Source: a virus (taxonomy: Duplodnaviria; Caudoviricetes). From it: DNA of 40,325 nt. The stretch lies in the IMG/VR virus record IMGVR_UViG_3300020045_003606, positions 1 through 40,325 of that record; one strand, written 5' to 3'. How positions within the stretch are numbered: position 1 is the stretch's first letter; every line of letters begins with the position of its first letter. The notes beneath the pieces are model-generated. The model saw only the letters and a list, made by a program, of their open reading frames with translations. It did not search any database and was not told where the DNA came from. The position numbers and the translations under genes are program-made. Shown here piece after piece: positions 19,447 to 28,918 of the stretch.

Positions 19447-20502
19447 TTAGATTCCCGCTATGCTGGTTAATACACCAGAGCGTACAGGGTTACGGTTGAT
19501 AAAGTTACCGTAAACAATGATGTGTCCAATATCGCCAAGTTGGTTGTATGGGTTCATCATTTCGGTAATTTGGAAAGCACTTGGAGCAGGTTCACCTGAG
19601 AACACGCCCTTAGTTACTTCGTTGCTTAGACTAACAGCTTTCATTTGTGGGAAGTCTAGTCGTGCAAAGTCGATACTATTCTCATTCAAGGTGTACATCT
19701 TGCCTGAGCCAATCTTTTCGTCTTTAACAATTGGGATACCACGATGGAAAATAGCTGTAAATCCGCTAGCACCGCCAAGTTCAGCCGCTTTAACAGCACC
19801 ACCATTAGGTGTGTAAGCTGAAACGTAGCTAGGTACATTCTCGTACATTTGGCGAGTTTTAGGGTCAAGCAATTGTTCTGTATATCCAAAGATAGTCTTT
19901 GTAGTAATAGCAATTGTCGTTCCCTCTGTGCTATTAGCTGGAGTACAAGCGTCAAACTGTGTACCAATTCCTGCTAGAGTTAAAGTTGCCAAAGTATTAG
20001 ACTGACCGTTGATAACTGTACCGTAAGTTGTTCGTGAAAGCGTACCGTAAGTTGAGCTCAATGCGCTGTCATCAGTCATCAAGTCCAAGCCTTCGATTGC
20101 ATCACCAGCACCAAGTCCGGTAAGAGTCGTAGCGATTTTGTCTTTCAAAGCGTTTTTAGCAACGTCCATCTTTCGACCGACAAGCTTGATAACGCCCGCT
20201 TTAGTTTTGTTATGTGCAATTTCAGCCCAAGGCACAACAATTGATTGTCGTTTACCTTTAGCAAGCCATTTTAAGTTGACATCAGTATTTTGTGCCGAAA
20301 CATCAAATACTGGCATACCAACGAAATCGCCGCCATTGTTGTTCTCTTCGAACTGAATTGGTTGCTGCATGTACTGACCTTCATCCCACTCGACTGGTTT
20401 AGTCAAGAAGCGAGCTGGTAGTACGCTGCCGTTGTGAATACCGTCTACAACATAAGGAGCTAGGCTCTGTGCTGTAGTAGTAAGGATACCTGCGTAATCC
20501 AT
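19447..20502 (-). CDS. Major capsid protein (HK97-like fold inferred)
   Basis: 351 aa after the scaffold; strong SD; FHRGIPIVKD..MYTLN..YGNFINRNPVRSGVLT. Confidence 0.85.
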   Translation of the reverse strand: MDYAGILTTTAQSLAPYVVDGIHNGSVLPARFLTKPVEWDEGQYMQQPIQFEENNNGGDFVGMPVFDVSAQNTDVNLKWLAKGKRQSIVVPWAEIAHNKTKAGVIKLVGRKMDVAKNALKDKIATTLTGLGAGDAIEGLDLMTDDSALSSTYGTLSRTTYGTVINGQSNTLATLTLAGIGTQFDACTPANSTEGTTIAITTKTIFGYTEQLLDPKTRQMYENVPSYVSAYTPNGGAVKAAELGGASGFTAIFHRGIPIVKDEKIGSGKMYTLNENSIDFARLDFPQMKAVSLSNEVTKGVFSGEPAPSAFQITEMMNPYNQLGDIGHIIVYGNFINRNPVRSGVLTSIAGI

Positions 20503-20562
20503 ATTATTCTCCGTTTAAATGTTATTCGGATAACATCTGCAGTAAGTTTGTTTAAAAGCATG

Positions 20563-20611
20563 AAAAAACGCCCTTATGCAGGACGTTAATTCCGTTGATA
20601 GCATTATAGCA
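20563..20611 (-). promoter_or_regulatory. Late leader copy E (divergent), upstream of the major capsid gene
   Basis: TGCTATAAT-N6-AACGGAATT-AACGTCC TGCATAA GGGCGTT-TTTT. Confidence 0.75.
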
Positions 20612-20632
20612 TATATATATTTTACAATACAA

Positions 20633-21496
20633 CTATTTCAAAAGCCCTAACATTCTAGCCGCTTCATTAGCATTTCTAGCACCGCCTTTGTATACAGGAG
20701 CGCCACTGCTTGCAGGTGAACTTGACCCGCCTACTAATGAACCTTTTTTGCGAGCTAATTCTTTTTCTTCTTTAGCTTTTTTACTAGCTTCTTCTTTAGT
20801 TTCTCGTAGTTCCATTTTATCTAAAGCATCTTCAAAACTCTGAATTAAAGGTCGTCCGTCTTTTATGCGTTTGTCGTTTTCTTCACGCATAAAATCAAAG
20901 ACCTTATCAACACGCTCACTTTTGCCATTAGTGTCTAATTCTAGTCTTTTTTGTCCTTGTAAAGATTTAATCTCACTATCCCATCCAGATTGTATTTTAA
21001 CAAGTCTTTCAGAGTGTTCAGCCTCTTGTGCTTTAGTAGATTGTTCAGCATCGTATTTTGCTTTTTCAGATTTCAAATCATTAAGCTTTTCAAGTATGGC
21101 AAATATCTGTCCGTTGCTTTTAGGTTCAAAATCCTTTAAAACAGTCTCCAAGTCATCACCTGGCTTTAAGTTAAACTTTACACCGTTAGCATCTTCAACT
21201 TCTAGGTCAAATTTAGGTGTATCAGTTTGTTCAGTTGGTTTCTTATCTTCAGCTTCTTTAGAAATCCTGTCAGCTTCGACTTTATCAGATTCAACCTTAT
21301 CAGATGCCTCTTGAGCTTCACGAGCAGTTTTCTGCTCTTCAGTCTCATTTTCAGATTCTTCCTCATTTTCTTCTGTTTTCTCTGGCGCTTTAGCAGGTTT
21401 GTCTAAATGCAAAAGCTCCGCAACTTCTTCAGGTGTTGTAGTGACACCACCGTCCTCAACTTTAATATTCTCTGTTGAAATTTCTTCTTCGTCCAT
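20633..21496 (-). CDS. Capsid scaffolding protein
   Basis: Acidic disordered N-terminus, helical; between portal and capsid genes. Confidence 0.8.
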   Translation of the reverse strand: MDEEEISTENIKVEDGGVTTTPEEVAELLHLDKPAKAPEKTEENEEESENETEEQKTAREAQEASDKVESDKVEADRISKEAEDKKPTEQTDTPKFDLEVEDANGVKFNLKPGDDLETVLKDFEPKSNGQIFAILEKLNDLKSEKAKYDAEQSTKAQEAEHSERLVKIQSGWDSEIKSLQGQKRLELDTNGKSERVDKVFDFMREENDKRIKDGRPLIQSFEDALDKMELRETKEEASKKAKEEKELARKKGSLVGGSSSPASSGAPVYKGGARNANEAARMLGLLK

Positions 21497-21516
21497 GCTT
21501 TTCTCCTTAATGCGTA

Positions 21517-23451
21517 TTATACACTAGGTTGCTGTTTAGCCATAGCTTCGTTAGTTGCTTGGTCTTGAGCGTTTAATTCGTCAGTTTGTTGGTTTGCGGC
21601 AATAACATCTTCTGGCGTAGGCAACTGAGTTTGTGCTAATCCTAGCATTCTTTGACCTCTTGCAAGTTGTATATCAATGAACTGAGTGATAGCTGTTTTA
21701 GTCTCAACAGGTATCATTGGGTTGTCTAAATCACCACTTAGAATATATTTATTAAGATAATCAAAGTATTCTTTTGGCAAATCTTCTCTAAACTTTGGGG
21801 TAGCACCGTTTTTAATCATCTCAATGTCAACAAAAGCGTCTCGGTTAAACACTTCATCTTCTGCGTCTTTCATGTATAAAGCAGGGTCATTTGTATATTT
21901 AATTAGCCGTTTAGCGTATTTATCAGCATTTCCCTCATCCATGATTTCCCAGTAAGTAAGTGGGTCAATCATACCTCTTTGAGCAGCAAAGTCAGCTGTT
22001 GCACGTCTCTGTGGACGGTCTATTGGCATTGAAGTGCCGGATTTTACTCTAATCTTTACTTTAGTGTCGAGATTTGGAGTATTTATCATTACATAGTCAT
22101 ATTCGCCATTCTCACCGACAAATTCAAACATCTCTTCTTCGTCGCCATAAACAAGTAAGAATTGAGCCATAAGTTTATATAACCTGTCCATAGCGTTATC
22201 TATAGAATCAACAATTTCTTGTTGCCTACCAAAAGCTTGGTCTCTGACTAAAACGTCTTGTCCTAGTGTATTAGAATCAGATTGCTCGCCCCTAAATACG
22301 TTAGGAGTACCAAAAGTATTATCTATAGAGTTACGAGAATCAATCTTATCTTCATAAACTGAATTAGGCAATGTGCCAGATTTCCATACATCAAACACAT
22401 CTTTAATACTCTTACCATCTGGTACTTCAAGCTCTAGTACAGTGTCTTCGTCAAACGATAAGAATTGTGATTGGTCATCAGCTAAAGCTGCAGAGTCAAC
22501 TACTGGCATACCAGTGTTACCAAGTCCAGCGCTTTTTGCTATTTGTTCGCTACGTTCATCCACATTTTTTTGTAATCTAGTAGCTTGCTCGACAAATGAT
22601 GTTCTATCTATATGGGTTCTACCATCACTTAATACATTAACAAATACCAATGGCATCATGTGAGTCTTCAAGAAGTTTTGTCCATTGTAGTTCCAGTTAG
22701 GGTCTTGAATCTTACCTAAAGAAACCTTTTTATAACTCCATGTAACAATAAGGTCTATTTCGCCGTCTTCTGACTTAAAAGCCCAGTCTTCATTTATCTT
22801 GCAATCTTCTTCGTAAGCGCTAAGCGGAGAATTATCTGTAATGTTAAAGACTTCTTTAATTCTTTTTTCCATCTCTGGAAACATAGTTATCAAATCTTTA
22901 ACGCTTTTTTCTAGTACATGCCTGAAGTATCGTGGCTCTTCGTATGGTTTAGCTTTATGATCAACAATTATAGACTCAGAAGGCACGTATTCAACGTAAC
23001 AAAAATTCTTAGTAGCTATATCATATCTAGGTTTTAAATAGCCTCTACGAGTGATTATAGCGTCCTCTAATGCAAATTTTAGTTTACCTTTTACGTTCTC
23101 TTCATCAGCCTTAAAATATAAAGCTTTTTCAAAGTCTTCGGCAAACTTTTTAGCAGATGTTGCGTTCGAACTTGGTAATATTTGCGGTTCTGTTATCTTG
23201 CTTGTAACGTAAGGTACAATAGTCCTGATTGACGAGAATATGCGGTTATCAATAGATTTTTTTTCTTCACCGTCTTCTTCAATTACGCCTAAATACCTGT
23301 CTGTGTTTTCTTTGGATATTTTTTCAAGTTTATATTTCTTATCCCAAAACTCTTTTGATTTTTCAATACGTTTATTAAGCGAATCAACCCATGAATCGTC
23401 GTCTGTGTCATATTTTAGTACCGATTGAGTAATATCTTTAGTTTCTTTCAT
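21517..23451 (-). CDS. Portal protein (P22-like size)
   Basis: About 644 aa, helical, Gln-rich tail, before the scaffold; start reassigned to MKETK. Confidence 0.85.
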   Translation of the reverse strand: MKETKDITQSVLKYDTDDDSWVDSLNKRIEKSKEFWDKKYKLEKISKENTDRYLGVIEEDGEEKKSIDNRIFSSIRTIVPYVTSKITEPQILPSSNATSAKKFAEDFEKALYFKADEENVKGKLKFALEDAIITRRGYLKPRYDIATKNFCYVEYVPSESIIVDHKAKPYEEPRYFRHVLEKSVKDLITMFPEMEKRIKEVFNITDNSPLSAYEEDCKINEDWAFKSEDGEIDLIVTWSYKKVSLGKIQDPNWNYNGQNFLKTHMMPLVFVNVLSDGRTHIDRTSFVEQATRLQKNVDERSEQIAKSAGLGNTGMPVVDSAALADDQSQFLSFDEDTVLELEVPDGKSIKDVFDVWKSGTLPNSVYEDKIDSRNSIDNTFGTPNVFRGEQSDSNTLGQDVLVRDQAFGRQQEIVDSIDNAMDRLYKLMAQFLLVYGDEEEMFEFVGENGEYDYVMINTPNLDTKVKIRVKSGTSMPIDRPQRRATADFAAQRGMIDPLTYWEIMDEGNADKYAKRLIKYTNDPALYMKDAEDEVFNRDAFVDIEMIKNGATPKFREDLPKEYFDYLNKYILSGDLDNPMIPVETKTAITQFIDIQLARGQRMLGLAQTQLPTPEDVIAANQQTDELNAQDQATNEAMAKQQPSV

Positions 23452-23454
23452 AAT

Positions 23455-23508
23455 AAAAAAGTCCTTGCTCGCCAAGAACTGTTAAAGTTGCTTGGATATA
23501 TTGTAGCA
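23455..23508 (-). promoter_or_regulatory. Late leader copy F, with compensatory stem changes
   Basis: TGCTACAAT-N6-AAGCAACTTTAAC-AGTTCTTG GCGAG CAAGGACT-TTTTT. Confidence 0.85.
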
Positions 23509-23793
23509 CTATAATTGCTTTTTGACACGTTCAATTTCACTTTTAGTAAATATCTTTTGTGCTTGACTAGGGTAAAGCCTATAAAACTCTGGTCGAGGGT
23601 TACCACCTGCGTCGTAAGGTTGTACTGTGTCCTCTGCGTTGTCTTCATAGTCTCTTCGTCTGTTAAACCCAGCACTGCCAGAGCTAAGTGATACACTACT
23701 TATTCCGGCTAAACAACTCTTACAAATACCAGAGTGGTAAGTGCCATCAACGACAGCACTTACCGTTTCACTATTTCCGCACTTGCACGCCAT
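23509..23793 (-). CDS. Small zinc-ribbon protein
   Basis: CKCG...CKSC. Confidence 0.7.
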   Translation of the reverse strand: MACKCGNSETVSAVVDGTYHSGICKSCLAGISSVSLSSGSAGFNRRRDYEDNAEDTVQPYDAGGNPRPEFYRLYPSQAQKIFTKSEIERVKKQL

Positions 23794-24064
23794 CTTGCGC
23801 CTCTTTAATCTTTTTTAGTTGTCTTGGCATGATACGAACTACTTTGCCACCTTCTTTTTTAGAGATTAACGGATTATATTCTGGTTTTTTAGATTTGACT
23901 ATTTTACCAGTTGATTTGTGGCTAATTATACGAGATGCTCGTGTACGAGGTTTAATATCGGCTATTGGATACATAAGCCACTTAAGTAATGATAGTCTTA
24001 ACCTATTTAAAAAAGTGTTTTTAACACGCCTATATTCTATCTTGTAGTTAAGATTTTTTGTCAT
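23771..24064 (-). CDS. Basic hypothetical protein
   Basis: GAGG SD before MTKNL; overlaps both neighbours. Confidence 0.55.
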   Translation of the reverse strand: MTKNLNYKIEYRRVKNTFLNRLRLSLLKWLMYPIADIKPRTRASRIISHKSTGKIVKSKKPEYNPLISKKEGGKVVRIMPRQLKKIKEAQDGVQVRK

Positions 24065-25604
24065 CTTCAACCTCTGCATCCACAATTACAGTTCCAGTTG
24101 TTAGTAAAGCTCCTGCCACGCTAAAAGCATTATCCACTACTTGAGAAATCACCCTAGTAGCGTCAACAATACCACCTGTTAGTAAGTCTTGTGGCTCATC
24201 TGTCATATTCCTCAAGTTGAATCCATACCCATACCCAGCGTTCAATATTTGGTTCATTCTATAACCACCATCTTCGCCTGCATTGCTCATTAAAAGTCTG
24301 AATGGGTATCTTAATGCTTCTTTAATGAATTGCTCGTTTATAAGCTCGCTAGCGAATAGTAATGTTGTAGCGCCTCCAGCAACAACTCCGTCAGCTAAAG
24401 CCGATTTACAAGCCTCTACAGCGTCCTCAACCCTAAAGAATAATTCTTCTCGCTCGACTTCGGTTGCAGCACCTACTTTAATAATAGATACTTTACCAGC
24501 CAATTTAGCAAGACGGGTTTCTAATACTTCTTTAAGGCTTGGTGTCATTTCACCTTTCATCTGTTCTTTTATTTGTGAAATCCTAGCAACAATCTCAAGA
24601 CCAGTTGAGTTATCACCAAACAATATAGTTTTATCTCGTGATACTCTTGCTCGTTTTATTGTACCAAAATCATCTAGTGATATATCAGAGAAGCTATCTG
24701 ATTCAAGCCATAGCCTAGCACCAGTGTAAGTAGCAATATCTTCAAAGTAATCGTGTCCGTCAGCTCCATAAGCAGGAGGTGGCACTACTAAACCATCGGC
24801 TTTTTGGTTTTGTATAGCCCATACTAAAGTCTCTAAAGCAGCACCAGCCACATCACCAACAATAATAAACTGTTTTTGGTTTTGCGCTGCAAGTTCAAGT
24901 ATAGGGATTATGTCAGTTTTGGCCGCCATTCTTTTCTGTGTAACCAACACAATAGGACTTTCAAACTCTACAGTTGTTGCTAGGTTTTTGAACCCTTGAC
25001 CAAACAAATAACCTGTTACCTTTTCAACTTCTACATGAGGTGAGTTCTGATACTCAATCGTAATAGCACCATCAGCTCCAATATCATAAACCAAATCGCT
25101 AATCATTAAGCCTAGATTTTCATCACCACTAGATATTTTAGCCACTTGGTCTAGTTTCTCTTTATCACAAGTTGAGGTCTTGGATTTGATAAAATCAATC
25201 ACAATTTTCTTATTAGAATCAAGTTGCTTTTTAACCATCATTGCATCTTGTCCGACAACAATCCTCTGATAGCCTTTTTTGTATAGTTCTGACAAAAGAA
25301 CTACTGTAGCAGTGGTCCCGTCACCAGCTGTCTTATTAGTCTTTTCGCTTGCTTGATAAACAAGTTTAGCGGCTTCTGTAGCAATTGGGTCACTAAGTTT
25401 ATTACCATGTCCTGCAATGTCTCTGGCCACCGTAACACCGTCCCTTGTAAGAATAGGGTGTACATAGCGCTTTTTAATTAGAACGTTTCTTCCACCGGGG
25501 CCATAAGTTGAACCAACAGCATTAGCCATAGTATCTATGCCTTTGGTAATTGACCTGTGAGCTTCATCGTTAAATGTTATAGTTTTGATACTGTCTTTTT
25601 GCAT
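24048..25604 (-). CDS. groEL: Group I chaperonin (GroEL-like), divergent
   Basis: TYGPGGRNV, TRDGVTVA, AGDGTTAT, RLAKLAG, RVEDA, GVVAGG motifs. Confidence 0.93.
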   Translation of the reverse strand: MQKDSIKTITFNDEAHRSITKGIDTMANAVGSTYGPGGRNVLIKKRYVHPILTRDGVTVARDIAGHGNKLSDPIATEAAKLVYQASEKTNKTAGDGTTATVVLLSELYKKGYQRIVVGQDAMMVKKQLDSNKKIVIDFIKSKTSTCDKEKLDQVAKISSGDENLGLMISDLVYDIGADGAITIEYQNSPHVEVEKVTGYLFGQGFKNLATTVEFESPIVLVTQKRMAAKTDIIPILELAAQNQKQFIIVGDVAGAALETLVWAIQNQKADGLVVPPPAYGADGHDYFEDIATYTGARLWLESDSFSDISLDDFGTIKRARVSRDKTILFGDNSTGLEIVARISQIKEQMKGEMTPSLKEVLETRLAKLAGKVSIIKVGAATEVEREELFFRVEDAVEACKSALADGVVAGGATTLLFASELINEQFIKEALRYPFRLLMSNAGEDGGYRMNQILNAGYGYGFNLRNMTDEPQDLLTGGIVDATRVISQVVDNAFSVAGALLTTGTVIVDAEVEDDKKS

Positions 25605-25614
25605 ATCTTACTCC

Positions 25615-25761
25615 TTATTTGAATAATGGTTTTTTAGTTCCTTTGTCGATAATAGATATTTTAGATAAGTCTAGATGAACAACACTGCCATTATCCATTA
25701 CAGCTATGATGTTAACTATTTTTACCTTTTTATCGGTGGCTCGTCTTTCAGCTCGGTTCAT
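25615..25761 (-). CDS. 48-aa hypothetical protein (MNRAERRA...) between groES and groEL
   Basis: Hand-translated; ATGA overlap with the groES stop. Confidence 0.6.
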   Translation of the reverse strand: MNRAERRATDKKVKIVNIIAVMDNGSVVHLDLSKISIIDKGTKKPLFK

Positions 25762-26063
25762 TCTTTTACTCCAATTATATCAAACCAATAAATCAAAGCG
25801 TATTTCTTGCCGTTCTCTTCAAACACAGTTCCAGCTTCGTGACCTTCGTGCCACATAATTTGCTTACCAACAGATTCCATAAGAAATATATCTACAATGT
25901 CATTAATTACTGGATATTCACTAGTTGGAATATATTGACCAACTGCAAGTATCTTACCCTCTCGGTAAACTTCGCCGCCCAAATTACTATCTGAGCTTTT
26001 ACCCCACTGAGCGTCTTTGTCGTCTATCTCAACTAGAACCTTGTTAAATAATGGCTTGAACAT
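25758..26063 (-). CDS. groES: Co-chaperonin (GroES-like), divergent
   Basis: FKPLFNKVLVE, GKILAVG, DIIGV; just upstream of groEL. Confidence 0.8.
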   Translation of the reverse strand: MFKPLFNKVLVEIDDKDAQWGKSSDSNLGGEVYREGKILAVGQYIPTSEYPVINDIVDIFLMESVGKQIMWHEGHEAGTVFEENGKKYALIYWFDIIGVKE

Positions 26064-26066
26064 ACT

Positions 26067-26255
26067 TTATCTCCTTTTAGATTGATGACCAACATGGAAT
26101 TGTTGGCAATATTTACAATGATATACGTGCAACGCAGTCTCGTTTTTATATTTTATTAAGTTTTTCATTCCTTTCTCCGCTAGGCGGAATGTTCTATATT
26201 TCTTTTTTATTATACACGATTGTACTTTTAGGAATCTCATACCATTATCGACCAC
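26067..26255 (-). CDS. Small zinc-binding phage protein
   Basis: KKKYRT...YHCKYCQQFHVGH. Confidence 0.7.
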   Translation of the reverse strand: MVDNGMRFLKVQSCIIKKKYRTFRLAEKGMKNLIKYKNETALHVYHCKYCQQFHVGHQSKRR

Positions 26256-26728
26256 CTTTGCTTACAATGACTGTTCTTACACCAAGCTTCCATCGCCCCA
26301 ATTTTGTTCTCGTCTTGAATAAATGGTGGCGGCGTGTTATCTGAAATCATGCTTATTCTGTCTGAAAAGCTAAAGAATGTTTTGCCGCACTCTACACAAT
26401 GAATATCTCTTAATTGTTTAACTATCTCAATGGCTATAAATATAGACTGAGGCTGCACATAGAGCGGTAATTCATTATTAACTTTAAGACCATTAGTCAG
26501 CACGTGATACTTTTGGCTACATTCATGACAAACTATCGGTATAGTGCCGTCTGATGATGGACGTGCCACTTCTGGCATGCCTTGATTACCAACCCTAATT
26601 AAGTGTTCATTATTTCTTATAAGTATTTCTGCGCCACATTCTATGCAATGGAATGACTGATATTTATTACCAGTTAATGAGCTAAACATCAAAGGTATAT
26701 TTTTATCGGCGTGTAGTGCGTTTCCCAT
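26237..26728 (-). CDS. Double zinc-ribbon protein
   Basis: HCIECG..CHEC and HCVECG..CKNSHC. Confidence 0.7.
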   Translation of the reverse strand: MGNALHADKNIPLMFSSLTGNKYQSFHCIECGAEILIRNNEHLIRVGNQGMPEVARPSSDGTIPIVCHECSQKYHVLTNGLKVNNELPLYVQPQSIFIAIEIVKQLRDIHCVECGKTFFSFSDRISMISDNTPPPFIQDENKIGAMEAWCKNSHCKQRWSIMV

Positions 26729-27974
26729 AAGCCCCCCTAAAATCTAAATTCATTCGCATCGAACCGTCTGCATTTACCGTCATAGGTGGCATACGCCCAT
26801 GAGTTGAGGTTTTGACTACACGACCACCTGATTTATCTTTTTGCATAAATGATTCTAAACCGTATCTTATAGGATCTAATAAGTGGTTATCTACGTCTGG
26901 CGCTTCATTTATAAACTTACCTGTTAATCTGTCGGTTAACCATATATAACGTTCATATTCTCTTTTAAGATTAGTACTACGTTTGGTAGCTGAAATGGGG
27001 TTTGATTGAACAAAATCAATCCCATTATTAATAGAATCTTTACCTTTTATTGCCGGTACGATGTTTAGCCCCAATTCTTTTAATCTAGCAATACTCTTAG
27101 GCTCTGAACTATCTGCGACTACCAATTTATTAGGCTCTGGTAATGATTTAATAAACTCGGCAATTGCCTCATTACTCATTCCATACTGGTAACATTGCTC
27201 GTCAAAAATAAATCCACCATTATATTGGTAAATATCTACAATACCAGTAGGGTCATTTGTAAACCCAAAGTCTAATGCACGTTTAACAAACTTAGCTTCA
27301 AATGGTATGTCATCAATCCATTGCCAACCAGTATAAATACGGCCTTCAATTTCACCAAGTTGGCCAAGTCCGTAGACCTGCCACCACATTTTATTGTCTT
27401 TATGAGCTTCAATACGTTTAATAGTAACTTCATCAAGAGCTTCATTATCTTTATAGGTTAGAGTAATAAAATCATAATGACCTTTATATGCCGCATTATT
27501 TATTATTTCAGTGTAAGCCCAATATTCACTCGATGGGTTCCAGTCAACCCATACTGTCTCACGTGTGCGCACCATTAAATGATCGACAATCGGCCACGGT
27601 ATATTATTGCCCTCGTTTATAAATAAGATATCACGCCTTGGCCCATGAGCTTTACTCGGAGCATCAGCTGAAAAGAAGTGCATTTTAGTACCAGTTTCAA
27701 ACGTATATGTTGTTAATGTCTTGTTCCAACAACCATCATCCCAATAATTTTGACCTCTCATAATGTTTTCAAAGTCTAGCATTGCACCACCTCGCATGTG
27801 GGGCATGGTCTCGGATACTATATCAATTAGTAGGTTTTTACGTGATTGAGCTGTATCTATTAAGACTTGTATTATACCAACAGTTTTACTTGCTGAAGTA
27901 CCACCAGCTACTAAACGTATATTGTTTCTAAGTTGTAGTATTTTTTGTGTGGCGGTAGTAGCTGTGTACTGCAT
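26703..27974 (-). CDS. terL: Terminase large subunit (PBSX/SPP1-like)
   Basis: GGTSASKT Walker A, LFINEG Walker B, DWNP, LDFGFTNDP, DNHLLDPIRY. Confidence 0.95.
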   Translation of the reverse strand: MQYTATTATQKILQLRNNIRLVAGGTSASKTVGIIQVLIDTAQSRKNLLIDIVSETMPHMRGGAMLDFENIMRGQNYWDDGCWNKTLTTYTFETGTKMHFFSADAPSKAHGPRRDILFINEGNNIPWPIVDHLMVRTRETVWVDWNPSSEYWAYTEIINNAAYKGHYDFITLTYKDNEALDEVTIKRIEAHKDNKMWWQVYGLGQLGEIEGRIYTGWQWIDDIPFEAKFVKRALDFGFTNDPTGIVDIYQYNGGFIFDEQCYQYGMSNEAIAEFIKSLPEPNKLVVADSSEPKSIARLKELGLNIVPAIKGKDSINNGIDFVQSNPISATKRSTNLKREYERYIWLTDRLTGKFINEAPDVDNHLLDPIRYGLESFMQKDKSGGRVVKTSTHGRMPPMTVNADGSMRMNLDFRGAYGKRTTRR

Positions 27975-28050
27975 TTATATCACCTATGATGTTAATTTAT
28001 GATAGTTTTGTAAAATTGTTTATACTAGGCTCGTAATTTTGGCACTTCAT

Positions 28051-28515
28051 TTATGGTTTTATCTCAATTATGGTATCTTGTTGGCTTAATCCGCCTAAAA
28101 TTGGTGTAGGTAAGTCTTTTCCGTTGGTAGTCATATCAATTTTGTCGCCGTATTTTTTTGGTTTCATCTTAGCCATCAGCCATTTACGAGTATCAGCACG
28201 CAATCTTGATCGTTGGACATGTTCACCATTTAATTGCCATCCAATACAATTACCATTTTTATCATGGCGTTCCATCCAGTCATTAGTTCCGTCATCTGCA
28301 ATATCGAGTAAATCCTCAGCCATTGCATCTGTTGATTCTTGTTTAGCCTTTTCGTATTGTTCTAAAAACCCAGGTTTCGTTCTAAACCAATTAAATATAG
28401 AAGCTATCGCGGGCATATCATCAGCTTTGCATACAGTCCTTAGCGAATAACCTAATGCAAGTTGTTCACATATCTTGTCTGCTAGTTCTTGAGTGTAAGT
28501 TGTTGGTCTTGCCAT
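28051..28515 (-). CDS. terS: Terminase small subunit (Sf6 gp1-like)
   Basis: MARPTTYTQELADKICEQLALGYSLRTVC, RLRADTRKWLMAKMKPKKYGDK; start reassigned. Confidence 0.93.
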   Translation of the reverse strand: MARPTTYTQELADKICEQLALGYSLRTVCKADDMPAIASIFNWFRTKPGFLEQYEKAKQESTDAMAEDLLDIADDGTNDWMERHDKNGNCIGWQLNGEHVQRSRLRADTRKWLMAKMKPKKYGDKIDMTTNGKDLPTPILGGLSQQDTIIEIKP

Positions 28516-28524
28516 AATACTCGC

Positions 28525-28560
28525 ATTATAACACAAAAATAGCCCAGTGAAGGGCTATTT
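28525..28560 (-). promoter_or_regulatory. Terminator fused to the terS extended -10 promoter
   Basis: AAATAGCCC-TTCACT-GGGCTATTT then TGTTATAAT, 9 nt before ATG. Confidence 0.75.
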
Positions 28561-28563
28561 AGT

Positions 28564-28635
28564 TTAAACGTTAGTTCGATATATTACTTTGATTTCTGTA
28601 CCGTCTTTTAGTTGTTTGTATTCTGTTATTTTCAT
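28564..28635 (-). CDS. 23-aa peptide MKITEYKQLKDGTEIKVIYRTNV
   Basis: Own TTGACT-N17-TACTAT promoter, AAGGA SD, terminator right after the stop. Confidence 0.55.
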   Translation of the reverse strand: MKITEYKQLKDGTEIKVIYRTNV

Positions 28636-28918
28636 ATATATTCCTTTTTACAGTATATATAGTAACACACAAAGCATTAAAAGTCAATACTATATTGTTC
28701 TAATCTTTATCTTTCGCTTTTCATCCATTAAAGTGCTGCTGTACTCGTAACCGATAGTTAATCGTTCTAGTTTCGATTTACTAATATTCGCTCCTCTTTA
28801 ATTTTGTGGTCGATATAACTATTGATTTGGATCGCCGTAAAAGTTCCTACGCTAACAGCTAATATCCAGATAATAAGTAGTTGGGCTATATCGTTGGTCT
28901 TTTTAACTACTAACATTA

